Positions 20,888-30,316 of a stretch of DNA of 32,000 bases are shown piece after piece (the first letter of the stretch is position 1; each line of letters starts with the position of its first letter). The translations under genes were made by a program, and so were the position numbers. The DNA lies in contig NC_009664.2 in assembly GCF_000017305.1 (NCBI RefSeq), positions 4,230,001 through 4,262,000 on the forward strand, written 5' to 3'. Source of the stretch: Kineococcus radiotolerans SRS30216 = ATCC BAA-149 (GTDB taxonomy: Bacteria; Actinomycetota; Actinomycetes; Actinomycetales; Kineococcaceae). The notes beneath the pieces were generated by a model. That model was not told the DNA's origin. It saw only the letters and a list, made by a program, of their open reading frames with translations, and made no database searches.

Positions 20888-22540
20888 ATGCTCGTCCGTC
20901 GCCGCACCACGCTCGCCGCTGCAGCCGCCACCGCCCTCGCCGGCCTCGTCACCAGCTGCTCCTCCGCGGCGAGCGGCAACGACGCTCCGTCGGGTGAGCC
21001 CAAGACCGGGGGGACCCTCACCTACCTCGAACCGCAGACGTGGACGACGTTGTACCCGCCGGCGGCCGGGTTCTACCCCAACGGCGGCATCGTCAACAAC
21101 ATCACCGACCGGCTGCTGTGGCAGAACCCCGAGACCCTGGAACTCGAACCGTGGATCGCGACGGCGTTGCCGCAGGTGAACGCCGACGCCACCGAGTACA
21201 CCTTCACCCTGCGCGACGGCGTCACCTACTCTGACGGGACTCCGCTGGACGCCGCCAACGTGCTCGCCAACATCGACCTCTTCGGCAAGGGTGACCCCGA
21301 CCGTGCCCTGACGGTCTCGGAGGCCATCAACAACTACGACCGCGGCGAGGTCCTCGACGAGCGCACCGTCAAGTTCTACTTCACCGCCCCCGCCCCCGGC
21401 TTCGCCCAAGCGGTCTCCACCATCAACTCCGGTCTGCTGTCCACCGCCAGCCTGCAGCTGGACGGCGAGGGTTTCGGCCCCGGTCACGCCACGGCGGTCA
21501 TCGGGTCGGGGCCGTTCGTGGTCGACGACGAGGAGATCGGGACCCGGGTCTCGCTGGTGGCGCGCCAGGACTACGACTGGGCCCCGCCCTCGCGGACCCG
21601 CCAGGGCCGGCCCTTCCTCGACGGCATCGACGTCGTCGTCGCGGGGGAGGACAGCGTCCGTGTCGGGACGGTGGTCGCCGGTCAGGCCGACCTCGCCCGC
21701 CAGATCGAGGCGCCGGACGAGGGGCAGTTCGAGGCCGACGGCCTCGCTCTGCTCGCCGCGGCCACCAACGGTGTCAACAACGGTTTCAGCTTCCGCTTCC
21801 GCACCCCGCAGCTGCAGGAACTGCCCGTCCGTCAGGCGATCATCGCCGGCATCGACCGCCGCGCCATCCTCGACACGTTGTTCAGCGACAGCTACGTCCT
21901 GGCGACCGGGGCGCTGGCCACCACCGCCCTCGGCTACGTCGACACCTCCGCGAGCTACCGGCACGACCCCGCCGAGGCCGCGCGGCTGCTCGATCAGGCC
22001 GGCTGGCGGGTGGGCGGTGACGGGGTCCGCGAGAAGGACGGGGTGAAGCTGGCTCTGACCTTCAACGAGGCCCTGCCCCAACCCCGCTCGAAGGAGGTCG
22101 TCACCCTCGTGCAGGAGCAGCTGGCGAAGCTCGGCGTCCAGGTCGAGCTGCACCCCGGCGACCAGGCCGCGCAGACCGCCGCCGCCCTGGACCCGCAGAC
22201 CGTGCAGGTCTACCACTCCATGGTCGGGCGAGCCGACTTCGACGTCCTGAAGTCGCAGTACTTCTCCAAGAACCGCAACACGCTGCTGAACCTGGACAAG
22301 GGCGACGGCACCCTCGGCGACGCGGAACTGGACGCGCTGCTCAACGACATCGCCTCCAAGGCCACCACCGCCGAACGGCAGGCCGCCTCGCAGGCCGCGC
22401 AGCAGCGACTGGCCGAGCAGGCCTACGTCCTGCCGCTCTTCGAGGAACCGCAGGTCTTCGGCTTCCGGTCCGACGTGCAGGGTTTCACCACCGAGTCGGT
22501 GGGGCGGCCCTCGTTCCACGCGACGTGGCTGGACCGCTGA
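20888..22540 (+). CDS. ABC transporter substrate-binding lipoprotein, family 5 (peptide/nickel/opine type)
   Basis: ATG 20888 within track ORF 20696..22540, with GGAG 8 nt upstream. The signal peptide and lipobox are MLVRRRTTLAAAAATALAGLVTSC|SS. The SBP_bac_5 pattern is KTGGTLTYLEPQ...LLWQNPETLELEPWIATALPQVNADATEYTFTLRDGVTYSDGTPLDA. Confidence 0.9.
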   Translation: MLVRRRTTLAAAAATALAGLVTSCSSAASGNDAPSGEPKTGGTLTYLEPQTWTTLYPPAAGFYPNGGIVNNITDRLLWQNPETLELEPWIATALPQVNADATEYTFTLRDGVTYSDGTPLDAANVLANIDLFGKGDPDRALTVSEAINNYDRGEVLDERTVKFYFTAPAPGFAQAVSTINSGLLSTASLQLDGEGFGPGHATAVIGSGPFVVDDEEIGTRVSLVARQDYDWAPPSRTRQGRPFLDGIDVVVAGEDSVRVGTVVAGQADLARQIEAPDEGQFEADGLALLAAATNGVNNGFSFRFRTPQLQELPVRQAIIAGIDRRAILDTLFSDSYVLATGALATTALGYVDTSASYRHDPAEAARLLDQAGWRVGGDGVREKDGVKLALTFNEALPQPRSKEVVTLVQEQLAKLGVQVELHPGDQAAQTAAALDPQTVQVYHSMVGRADFDVLKSQYFSKNRNTLLNLDKGDGTLGDAELDALLNDIASKATTAERQAASQAAQQRLAEQAYVLPLFEEPQVFGFRSDVQGFTTESVGRPSFHATWLDR

Positions 22541-22545
22541 GCGCC

Positions 22546-23481
22546 GTGACCTACGTGGCCCGGCGCGCCGGGCAGGCCGTCGTCGTCCTGGTCCTGGCCT
22601 ACGCCCTGACCTTCGTCCTGCTGGCCGCCCTGCCCGGGGACGCGGTCCTGGCCCGGTACGGCAGTCCCGAGCTGGGGCTGTCCCCGGAGCAGTTGGCCGA
22701 CATCCGCGCCGCCTACGGGGCCGACCGGCCCCTGCCGGTGCGCTTCGCGGAGTCGGCCTGGGCGTTCCTGGGCGGGGACCTGGGGTACTCGGTGCAGAGC
22801 GGCGCCGCGGTCGCGACCCTGCTCGCCGCCGCCCTGCCCTCCACCCTCGTCCTGGCCGCGCTCGGACTGGCTCTCGCCCTGCTGCTCGCGGTGACGATCG
22901 CGGTGCTCGCCACGCACGGCCGGGGCCGGTGGCTGCGCAGGCTCTTCCAGAGCCTGCCCCCGCTGTTCGTGTCCCTGCCCGTCTTCTGGATCGGGATCCT
23001 GCTCATCCAGGTCCTCTCCTTCCGCCTGGGGCTGGTGCCCGTCATCGGTGCGGGGCCGGTGCAGGCGCTGATCCTGCCCGTGGCGACGATCGCGGTACCC
23101 ATCGCGGCGCCGCTGGCGCAGGTCCTGATGCGCAGCATCGACGACGTGGAGCAGATGCCGTTCGTCTCCGTGGTGCGCGCCCGCGGCGCCAGCCCGTCGT
23201 GGCTGCTGCGGCACGACGTCAGCCGCAACGCCGTCCTGCCGGCGCTGACGATGGCCGGTCTGCTGTTCGGGGAACTGGTCGGGGGCGCGGTGGTCACCGA
23301 GTCCGTCTTCGGGCGCGCCGGGATCGGGCAGCTCACCGCCCAGGCCGTCGCCAACCGCGACACCCCCGTGCTCCTGGCCGTGGTGGTCCTCTCCACGGTG
23401 GCCTACGTGGTCATCAACCTCCTCGTCGACCTGCTCTACCCCGTGCTGGACGCGCGCCTGCGCAGAGGAGGAGCCCGATGA
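22546..23481 (+). CDS. ABC transporter permease (DppB/OppB-like)
   Basis: GTG 22546 lies 5 nt after the SBP stop. It begins VTYVARRAGQAVVVLVLAYALTFVLL and has six TM segments and an EAA-like loop (VVRARGASPSWLLRHDVSRNAVLPALT). Confidence 0.85.
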   Translation: MTYVARRAGQAVVVLVLAYALTFVLLAALPGDAVLARYGSPELGLSPEQLADIRAAYGADRPLPVRFAESAWAFLGGDLGYSVQSGAAVATLLAAALPSTLVLAALGLALALLLAVTIAVLATHGRGRWLRRLFQSLPPLFVSLPVFWIGILLIQVLSFRLGLVPVIGAGPVQALILPVATIAVPIAAPLAQVLMRSIDDVEQMPFVSVVRARGASPSWLLRHDVSRNAVLPALTMAGLLFGELVGGAVVTESVFGRAGIGQLTAQAVANRDTPVLLAVVVLSTVAYVVINLLVDLLYPVLDARLRRGGAR

Positions 23482-24413
23482 GCGCTCACACCCGGGTGCC
23501 CGGTGCCCACCCCGGCAGCGACCCGACCCGGGTTCCCGCCGCGGGCCCGGGCGGCGGCGCCACCAGCGGCCCGGACGGCGGCCCGGACCGCGGCTCCGTC
23601 GGTTCCCCCCCGTTGCGGCGGGCACGGGCCCGACTGGGGATCGTCGTCCCGGCCCTGATCGTCCTGCTCGTGCTGCTGTGGGCGCTGCTGCCCGGGCTGT
23701 TCGCCCCCGGTAGCCCCACCGCCTCGGTCGCACCGTCGCTGCAGGCCCCCAGCGGGGAGCACTGGTTCGGCACCGACGCCACCGGGCGCGACGTGTTCAC
23801 CCGCGTCGTCCACGGCGCCTCGCACTCCATCCTCGGCGCCGTCGTCGCGGTGCTCGTCGGGTTCGTCGTCGGCACCCTGCTCGGGGTCCTGGCCGGATCG
23901 CTGGGCGGTCCCCTCGACGACGTCCTCATGCGCCTGGTCGACGTCCTGCTCGCCATCCCCGGGTTGCTGCTCTCCCTCAGCGTCGTCATCCTCCTCGGCT
24001 TCGGCACCACCAACGCCGCCATCGCCGTCGGCGTCACCTCCATCGCCGTCTTCGCCCGCCTCGCCCGCGCCGAGGTCGTGCGCGTGCGGGTCAGCGAGTA
24101 CGTCGAAGCCGCCTACGGCTCCGGGGGCACCTTCCTCGCCGTCCTGCGCCGCCACGTCCTGCCGAACTCCCTCACCCCCGTCGTGGCCCTGGCCGCGCTG
24201 CAGTTCGGTTCCGCGATCCTGCAGATCTCCACCCTCGGCTTCCTCGGCTACGGCGCTCCGCCGCCGACGCCGGAGTGGGGGCTGCTCATCGCCGAGGGAC
24301 GCAACTACGTCGCCACCGCCTGGTGGCTCACCGTCTTGCCCGGTGTCGTGGTCGTCGCCGTCGTCCTCGCCACCAACCGCCTCAGTCGATCGATCCGGAG
24401 CGTGCCGGCATGA
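23478..24413 (+). CDS. ABC transporter permease (DppC/OppC-like)
   Basis: The ATG at 23478 overlaps the previous stop as ATGA. The N-terminus is Pro/Gly-rich for about 55 aa. Then come HWFGTDATGRDVFTRVVHGA, TM segments and the EAA loop (EAAYGSGGTFLAVLRRHVLPN). Confidence 0.85.
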   Translation: MSAHTRVPGAHPGSDPTRVPAAGPGGGATSGPDGGPDRGSVGSPPLRRARARLGIVVPALIVLLVLLWALLPGLFAPGSPTASVAPSLQAPSGEHWFGTDATGRDVFTRVVHGASHSILGAVVAVLVGFVVGTLLGVLAGSLGGPLDDVLMRLVDVLLAIPGLLLSLSVVILLGFGTTNAAIAVGVTSIAVFARLARAEVVRVRVSEYVEAAYGSGGTFLAVLRRHVLPNSLTPVVALAALQFGSAILQISTLGFLGYGAPPPTPEWGLLIAEGRNYVATAWWLTVLPGVVVVAVVLATNRLSRSIRSVPA

Positions 24414-26137
24414 GCGCCCTGCTGAGCGTGCAGGACCTGCGCGTGGACTACACCACCTCGCGCGGCCCGGTCCGCGCCGTGGACGGGGTGTCCTTCACCG
24501 TCCACCCCGGGCAGACCACCGCTCTCGTCGGGGAATCCGGTTCGGGCAAGTCCAGCCTCGCCCAAGCCGTCATCGGTCTGCTCCCCGGCAACGGTTCCGT
24601 CACCGGTGGGCGCATCGACCTGCGCGGCAGCGACCTGCTGGGCCTGACCGAGCGCGAGTGGCGCGCCGTGCGGGGACGCCGCATCGGGCTCGTCCCGCAG
24701 GACCCGGGGAACTCCCTGAACCCCGTCGTCACCGTCGGGGCCAGCGTGGAGGCGAGCCTGCGCATCCACGGCTCGCGGGAGCGACGCGCGAACCGGGCCC
24801 GGGTGCTGGACCTGCTCGAACGCGTCGGCATCGACGACCCCGCCCGCCGGGCCCGGCAGTACCCGCACGAGTTGTCCGGGGGGATGCGTCAACGCGTCCT
24901 GATCGCCGCCGCCATCGCCCTGCAGCCCGAGCTGATCATCGCCGACGAGCCCACCAGCGCTCTCGACGTCACCGTCCAGGCCCGCGTCCTGGACCTGCTC
25001 GACGACCTGCGCGTCGGTACCGGCGCGGGGATGCTGCTCATCACCCACGACCTCGCCGTGGCCGCCGAACGCTCCGACGCGCTCGTCGTCCTGCGCCGGG
25101 GGACGGTCCAGGAGGCGGGCCCGACCGTGGAGGTGCTGGCCCACCCCCGAGCGGCCTACACCCGTGCCCTCCTCGCCGACGCGCCCTCGCTCGCCCGGGT
25201 CGTCGACCGGGCTCCCGTCCTGTCGGTGGCCGGTGCGGCCGGCCGTGCTGGTGACGGCGTTGCCGGCGGTGGGGCGGGGGGTCCGGCCGAGCGGCCCCTG
25301 GTGCAGGTCGAGGGCCTGCGGCAGGAGTTCCGCCGCCGCGGAGCCGGCCCCCTCCTCGCCGTCGACGGCGTCTCCTTCACCGTCGCCCGCGGCACCACGC
25401 ACGCCATCGTGGGGGAGTCCGGGTCGGGGAAGACCACCACCGGGCGGGCGCTGGCCGGTTTCGGCCGGCCCACCGCAGGCTCCGTCCGCGTCGGTGACAC
25501 CGACGTCACCGCTCTGGGGTCGCGCCCGACGTCGAGAGCGGCTCGCGCCTTCCGCCGCACGACGCAGCTGGTGCACCAGAACCCCTACGCCTCCCTGGAC
25601 CCGAGGCTCAGCGTCGGAGCGATCATCGCCGAGCCGCTGCTGAACTTCGGTCTCGGGAACGCCGACGAGCGCCGGGCGAAGGTCGCCCACCAGCTCGACG
25701 TCGTCGGGTTGCCCGCCGAGGTCGCGACCCGGCGAGCGCGGGAACTGTCGGGCGGGCAGCGCCAACGGGTGGCCATCGCCCGCGCCCTCGTCCTCGAACC
25801 CGACCTCGTCGTCTTCGACGAGGCGGTGTCCGCCCTCGACGTGAGCGTCCAGGCCCAGGTGCTGCGCCTGCTGGCCCGGCTGCAGGCCGACCTCGGCCTG
25901 ACCTACGTCTTCATCTCCCACGACCTCGCCGTCGTCCGCCAGATCAGCGACACCGTCTCGGTGCTGCACCGCGGCCGCCAGGTCGAGTCCGGGCGCGTGC
26001 AGGACGTCTTCGGCGATCCCCGGCAGGCGTACACGCGTGAGCTGCTCGCCGCCGTCCCGGGGACGGCGCGTCCCCGCCCCGGCCGCACCCCGGTCCCGCC
26101 AGCCCGCCACGACCCGCACGAGGAGGCGCGCTCGTGA
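24410..26137 (+). CDS. fused double ATP-binding-cassette ATPase (DppD-DppF type)
   Basis: ATGA overlap at 24410. There are two complete cassettes. Walker A is GESGSGKSS and GESGSGKTT. The signature is LSGGMRQR and LSGGQRQR. Walker B is LIIADEPTSALD and LVVFDEAVSALD. Confidence 0.9.
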   Translation: MSALLSVQDLRVDYTTSRGPVRAVDGVSFTVHPGQTTALVGESGSGKSSLAQAVIGLLPGNGSVTGGRIDLRGSDLLGLTEREWRAVRGRRIGLVPQDPGNSLNPVVTVGASVEASLRIHGSRERRANRARVLDLLERVGIDDPARRARQYPHELSGGMRQRVLIAAAIALQPELIIADEPTSALDVTVQARVLDLLDDLRVGTGAGMLLITHDLAVAAERSDALVVLRRGTVQEAGPTVEVLAHPRAAYTRALLADAPSLARVVDRAPVLSVAGAAGRAGDGVAGGGAGGPAERPLVQVEGLRQEFRRRGAGPLLAVDGVSFTVARGTTHAIVGESGSGKTTTGRALAGFGRPTAGSVRVGDTDVTALGSRPTSRAARAFRRTTQLVHQNPYASLDPRLSVGAIIAEPLLNFGLGNADERRAKVAHQLDVVGLPAEVATRRARELSGGQRQRVAIARALVLEPDLVVFDEAVSALDVSVQAQVLRLLARLQADLGLTYVFISHDLAVVRQISDTVSVLHRGRQVESGRVQDVFGDPRQAYTRELLAAVPGTARPRPGRTPVPPARHDPHEEARS

Positions 26138-27351
26138 CCACCCCGCCGGCGACCCCACCGACGTCCCCCGTCTCGACGACGTCCCCCGACCCGGCCACGG
26201 CGAGCGCGACGACGGGGAGCGGACCGCGGCTGGGGTTCTTCACCCGGCTCCTCGAGGACGCACCCGCCCCCGACCGGTACCGCTTCGCCCTGGAACAGGT
26301 CCAGCACGCCGAACGCGTCGGTTTCACCTCCGCCTGGGTCGCCCAGCACCACTTCGGGGAGCACGAGGGCGGTCTGCCCTCCCCGTTCGTCCTGCTCGCC
26401 GCGGCCGCGGAGCGCACCACGCGGATCGGCCTGGGCACCGGCGTCGTCACCCTGCCCATCGACGACCCCGTCCGGGCCGCCGAGGACGCCGCCGTCCTCG
26501 ACGCCCTCAGCGGCGGACGCGTCCAGCTCGGTGTCGCCTCCGGGGGGACCGACTCCTCCTTCGCGCCCTTCGCCCGCGAGGTCATCGACCGCCGCGAACT
26601 CTTCGAGGACCACCTCGCCGTCTTCCTCGAAACCCTGGAGGGACACGGCATCCGCGGCAGCGCCGCGCGCCTCTACCCCGCCGCGGGCACCCTCGCCGGA
26701 CGCGTGTGGCAGGGCACCTTCTCCGCCGCCGGGGGAGCGCGAGCCGGAGCTCGCGGTCACGGCGTGATGCTGTCGCGGACCCAGCCGCGCCCGGCGGCGA
26801 ACCCCCGCGCAGCCCTGCACGAGGTGCAGCTGCCCATCGTCGCGGCCTACCGCGACGCCCTGCCGGTTCGAGCGCCGTACCGGGTCCTCGCCTCACGCAC
26901 CGCCCTCGTCGTCGACGAGGACGACCGCGGCCGCGCTCTGGACCTCGCCCGGGACGGGCTGCGCCGTCTGGCGAGCACGTTCATCGGTGCCGACGCCGGC
27001 GACCTCGGCATCGACGACCTCATCGCCCTCACCGACACCCACGTCGGCACCCCCGAGGAGGTCACCGCCTCCCTGGCCGCCGACCACACCCTCCGCCTCG
27101 CCACGGACGTCACCTTCCAGGTCCACTCGATCGCCGCCACCCACGAACTCACCCTGCGCAGCCTCGAACTGCTCGCCACCGAGGTCGCCCCCCGGCTGGG
27201 GCTGGCCACCGGCGCAGCCGCTTCCACCGCCCTGCACCGGGCGCACCGGACCGACCGGGCGAACCGGGCCCGGGCGGGCCTGCACGACCACCTCGCCACC
27301 GGTGAGCACCGCGTCGACGCCCTCGCCCCCACCCCCGGAGGAAACGCATGA
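26134..27351 (+). CDS. LLM-class (luciferase-like) flavin-dependent monooxygenase
   Basis: GTGA overlap with the ATPase stop. After a 30-aa Pro/Thr-rich N-terminus comes LGFFTRLLE...ALEQVQHAERVGFTSAWVAQHHFGEHEGGLPSPFVLLAAAAERTTRIGLGTGVVTLP..DPVRAAEDAAVLDALSGGRVQLGV, which is typical of the LLM TIM-barrel. Confidence 0.85.
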   Translation: MTTPPATPPTSPVSTTSPDPATASATTGSGPRLGFFTRLLEDAPAPDRYRFALEQVQHAERVGFTSAWVAQHHFGEHEGGLPSPFVLLAAAAERTTRIGLGTGVVTLPIDDPVRAAEDAAVLDALSGGRVQLGVASGGTDSSFAPFAREVIDRRELFEDHLAVFLETLEGHGIRGSAARLYPAAGTLAGRVWQGTFSAAGGARAGARGHGVMLSRTQPRPAANPRAALHEVQLPIVAAYRDALPVRAPYRVLASRTALVVDEDDRGRALDLARDGLRRLASTFIGADAGDLGIDDLIALTDTHVGTPEEVTASLAADHTLRLATDVTFQVHSIAATHELTLRSLELLATEVAPRLGLATGAAASTALHRAHRTDRANRARAGLHDHLATGEHRVDALAPTPGGNA

Positions 27352-28766
27352 GCACCACCACGCAGACCACTCCCCGAACCACCCCCGATCCCGAGACCGA
27401 GCGCGCCCCCGCCGCCGAGGGGTTCTCCGGGGAACCCGCCGGGGAAGCTGTCGTCGACGTCATCGACCTGCTCGCCGGTACCACCCCCGACAGCCCGCTC
27501 TCCCGCACCCGCGCCCAACGGCCCCGGGCCCGCGAGAACGCCCAACGCAGCTTCGAGGCCCTCCTGGAACCCGCCGACCCCGGCTCGTTCAGCCACACCG
27601 AGCGCTACGCCGTCGCCACCTTCACCGCCCACCTGCACCGCTTCGAGCACGCCGCCCGCTTCTACGCCGACGTCCTCTCCGACACCGCTCCCCACCTCCT
27701 CGACCCGATCCACCACGCCGCCCGCGACGCCGCCTCCACCGGACCCGCCGGCACCTACCGGGAACCCGGCCTCAGCGCCGAGAGCGTCCCCACCACCGCC
27801 TGGACGCCGTCCCCGGCGCTCGCGGCGCAGCTGGGTCCGCGGCTGAGTGCGGCCCTCACCCACACCCACCTGCTGGTCTTCCGCCCGCGCGAAGCTGGCC
27901 CCGCGGCCCTGCGGGACCTGCTCCGCGCGGGGTGGAGCGCGGACCACGTGGTCAGCCTCTCCCAGCTCGTGGCCTTCCTGACCTTCCAGCTGCGCACCGC
28001 GTGGGGTCTCGCCGTCCTGCGTTCCCCCCACCACCACGAGGCGGGACGGGGGGTGAGCGGAACGACCCGCCACGAACCGACCGGATCGGGCGAGCCGGCG
28101 GGCCCGCAGCCCGGTGCGCACGACCACGGACCCCAGACGCACCTCGACCTCGTCACCGAGCACCCCGACCTGCACCGCCCCGAGAGGTTCACCCAGCAGA
28201 GCCTGGGGTGGGTGCCTTGGCTGGAACCCGTCGCCGAGGACGACCTCACCGACGCCCAACGGGAAGCGCTCGTCGAACCGGCCCGCGCGAAGATGCCCTA
28301 CTTCCGGCTGCTGGCCCGGGACCCCGACGCGCTGCGCGCCCGCACCCTCACCGACCTGGACATCTTCTTCAACACCACCGGCGGGATCGGCCGCGCCGAG
28401 CGCGAACTCGCCGCCGCAGCCACCTCCCGCCGCAACGGCTGCGTCTTCTGCGCCCACGTCCACGCCGCCGCCGCCACCCGCGAATCCGGACGCGGTCAGG
28501 ACGTGCAGCGCCTCCTCGACGACGGCCCGTCCGCCGACCTGGGCGACGAGCGGTGGAACGCGATCGTGGCCGCCTCCGTGCACCTGGCCGACACCCCCCT
28601 CGCCTTCAACGGCGACGACGTCGACCGGCTGCGCTCCGCGGGCCTGGACGACACCGCGATCGTCGACGTCGTCAACGGCGCGGCGTTCTTCAACTGGGCG
28701 AACCGGCTGATGCTCTCCCTCGGCGAACCCGAGGTACCCGCCTCCCGCCGGCGCGAACCGGCATGA
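27348..28766 (+). CDS. fused double CMD/AhpD-like protein (N-terminal CMD domain + C-terminal peroxidase-related CxxC domain)
   Basis: ATGA overlap at 27348. The N-terminal half reads ...SFSHTERYAVATFTAHLHRFEHAARFYADVL...LSQLVAFLTFQLR. A Gly/Pro/His-rich linker spans about aa 225-265. The C-terminal half reads FRLLARDPDALRARTLTDLDIFFNTTGGIGRAERELAAAATSRRNGCVFCAHVHAAAA...IVDVVNGAAFFNWANRLMLSLG, which is the carboxymuconolactone-decarboxylase/AhpD fold with CxxC. Confidence 0.75.
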   Translation: MSTTTQTTPRTTPDPETERAPAAEGFSGEPAGEAVVDVIDLLAGTTPDSPLSRTRAQRPRARENAQRSFEALLEPADPGSFSHTERYAVATFTAHLHRFEHAARFYADVLSDTAPHLLDPIHHAARDAASTGPAGTYREPGLSAESVPTTAWTPSPALAAQLGPRLSAALTHTHLLVFRPREAGPAALRDLLRAGWSADHVVSLSQLVAFLTFQLRTAWGLAVLRSPHHHEAGRGVSGTTRHEPTGSGEPAGPQPGAHDHGPQTHLDLVTEHPDLHRPERFTQQSLGWVPWLEPVAEDDLTDAQREALVEPARAKMPYFRLLARDPDALRARTLTDLDIFFNTTGGIGRAERELAAAATSRRNGCVFCAHVHAAAATRESGRGQDVQRLLDDGPSADLGDERWNAIVAASVHLADTPLAFNGDDVDRLRSAGLDDTAIVDVVNGAAFFNWANRLMLSLGEPEVPASRRREPA

Positions 28767-29452
28767 GCATCCCCACCCTGCTCGACCACGTCGTCATCGC
28801 CGGCCCCGACCTGGGCGAGCTCGTCGACTGGTTCGCCGCCGCCACCGGCGTCACCGCGACCCCCGGCGGGGTGCACCCCGGCACCGGCACCGCCAACGCC
28901 CTCGTCGCGTTGACCGTCGACGGTGAGCGTCGCCCGCACTACGTCGAGCTCATCGCCCCCGACCCCCGCGCCGCGGTGGAGGCGACCGGGTTCGGCATCC
29001 CCGGGCTGACCGGACCGCGCCTCGTCACCTACGCGATCCACCCCGCCGACCTCGACGCCGTCGTCGCCGGTTCCCGCGAGCGCGGCTACGACCCCGGCCC
29101 CGTCGAAACCCTCTCCCGCCGCACGCCGGACGGGACGCTGCTGCGGTGGCGGCTGACCCACTCCCGCCCGGACCGTCCCGACGTGCCCTTCCTCATCGAC
29201 TGGGGCGGCACCCCGCAACCGGGGTTCACCGTCGACGCGACCCTGGAACTGCTCGACCTCACCCACGTCGGTACCGGCGCCGCGACGAACCGGGCGCTGA
29301 CGGCGCTCGGGCTGCCTCCCGGCGCGGTGGCTGCGTCCGCCGCTCCGGCCGTCGACGCCGCCACCGGCGAGGCTCCCGGTGGTGCGGCGGCGGGCTACGC
29401 GCTGCGGGTGCGAGGCACCGACGGGTCGACCGTGGTCATCGGAGCGACCTGA
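28763..29452 (+). CDS. VOC (glyoxalase-like) family protein
   Basis: ATGA overlap at 28763, in the frame of track ORF 26987..29452. MSIPTLLDHVVIAGPDLGELVDWFAAATGVTATPGGVHPGTGTANALVAL...VELIAPDP...VPFLIDWG resembles glyoxalase-like domain proteins. Confidence 0.7.
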   Translation: MSIPTLLDHVVIAGPDLGELVDWFAAATGVTATPGGVHPGTGTANALVALTVDGERRPHYVELIAPDPRAAVEATGFGIPGLTGPRLVTYAIHPADLDAVVAGSRERGYDPGPVETLSRRTPDGTLLRWRLTHSRPDRPDVPFLIDWGGTPQPGFTVDATLELLDLTHVGTGAATNRALTALGLPPGAVAASAAPAVDAATGEAPGGAAAGYALRVRGTDGSTVVIGAT

Positions 29453-29578
29453 GCCGCGCCTCGTCCGCTCGGACGCGGTCGACCACCCGACGGCGAGGGT
29501 CGACCACGGCCCTGGACGACGTGGTGGGGGAGGGGGCGACCTCCACACCCCGTGGTGACCTCGCGCGGCGCCGCGGGC

Positions 29579-30202
29579 TCAGGACAGGTCCAGGGTCGTC
29601 ACCGACGTCAGGTGGGCGCGCACGTCGGCGACCATGTCGATCCGCTTGCCGGAGAGCAGCCACTGCACCTGCAGACCGTCCATGAGCGCGACCAGCCCCC
29701 GGGCGCAGCGTTCCGGGTCGACGCCCTCCCGCAGCCGCCCCCGGGCGCGCAACTCCGCGAAGACCTGCGCGGTGCGCCCGACGATGCCCGCGTAGCGCTC
29801 CTGGAAGTAGGCGTGGGCGGGGTGGTCGGGCGACGTGGCCTCCGCCGACAGGGTGCAGTGCAGCTCGACGAGTCCGGGGGTCGCCTGGTTGCTCCCCAGC
29901 AGCTGCAGCAGCGTCCGCAGGTGCGACTCCGGTCCCGCCTCGTCCACGTCGAACAGCGCCCGGTCGCGTTCCCCGCGGGCCTGCAGCACCGCGGCGAGCA
30001 GCACGTCCTTGGTCGGGAAGTGGTACGTCAGCCCCTGCTGGGAGATGCCGATGCGGTCGGCGATCTCGCGCAGCGAGGCGTTGCGGTACCCGGAGGCCGC
30101 GAAGACCGTCAGCGCCGCGTCCAGGATCTCCCGCCGCCGCAGCGCCGACTTGGCGTACTCGCCCCGCCCGGCGCGGGAGCGGCTGGTGTCGGTGGTCGGC
30201 AC
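29579..30202 (-). CDS. TetR/AcrR family transcriptional regulator
   Basis: GTG 30202 is preceded by GGGAAGGTGG. The HTH is RRREILDAALTVFAASGYRNASLREIADRIGISQQGLTYHFPTKDVLL. The track ORF extends a further 149 codons upstream over non-protein-like sequence. Confidence 0.85.
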   Translation of the reverse strand: MPTTDTSRSRAGRGEYAKSALRRREILDAALTVFAASGYRNASLREIADRIGISQQGLTYHFPTKDVLLAAVLQARGERDRALFDVDEAGPESHLRTLLQLLGSNQATPGLVELHCTLSAEATSPDHPAHAYFQERYAGIVGRTAQVFAELRARGRLREGVDPERCARGLVALMDGLQVQWLLSGKRIDMVADVRAHLTSVTTLDLS

Positions 30203-30226
30203 GCGACCACCTTCCCACAGCCCTCC

Positions 30227-30250
30227 AATTTCTGGCCTTGGTGAGAAATT
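30227..30250. promoter_or_regulatory. candidate TetR operator (AT-rich inverted repeat)
   Basis: AATTTCT-N10-AGAAATT is the only AT-rich palindrome in the 114-bp divergent TetR/GH3 intergenic region. Confidence 0.45.
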
Positions 30251-30316
30251 CGTGTACGGTGCCCGTGCCCGGCACCGCCGCCGGGCAGCGATGCCCCGCA
30301 GGTTCGAAGGAGAATC

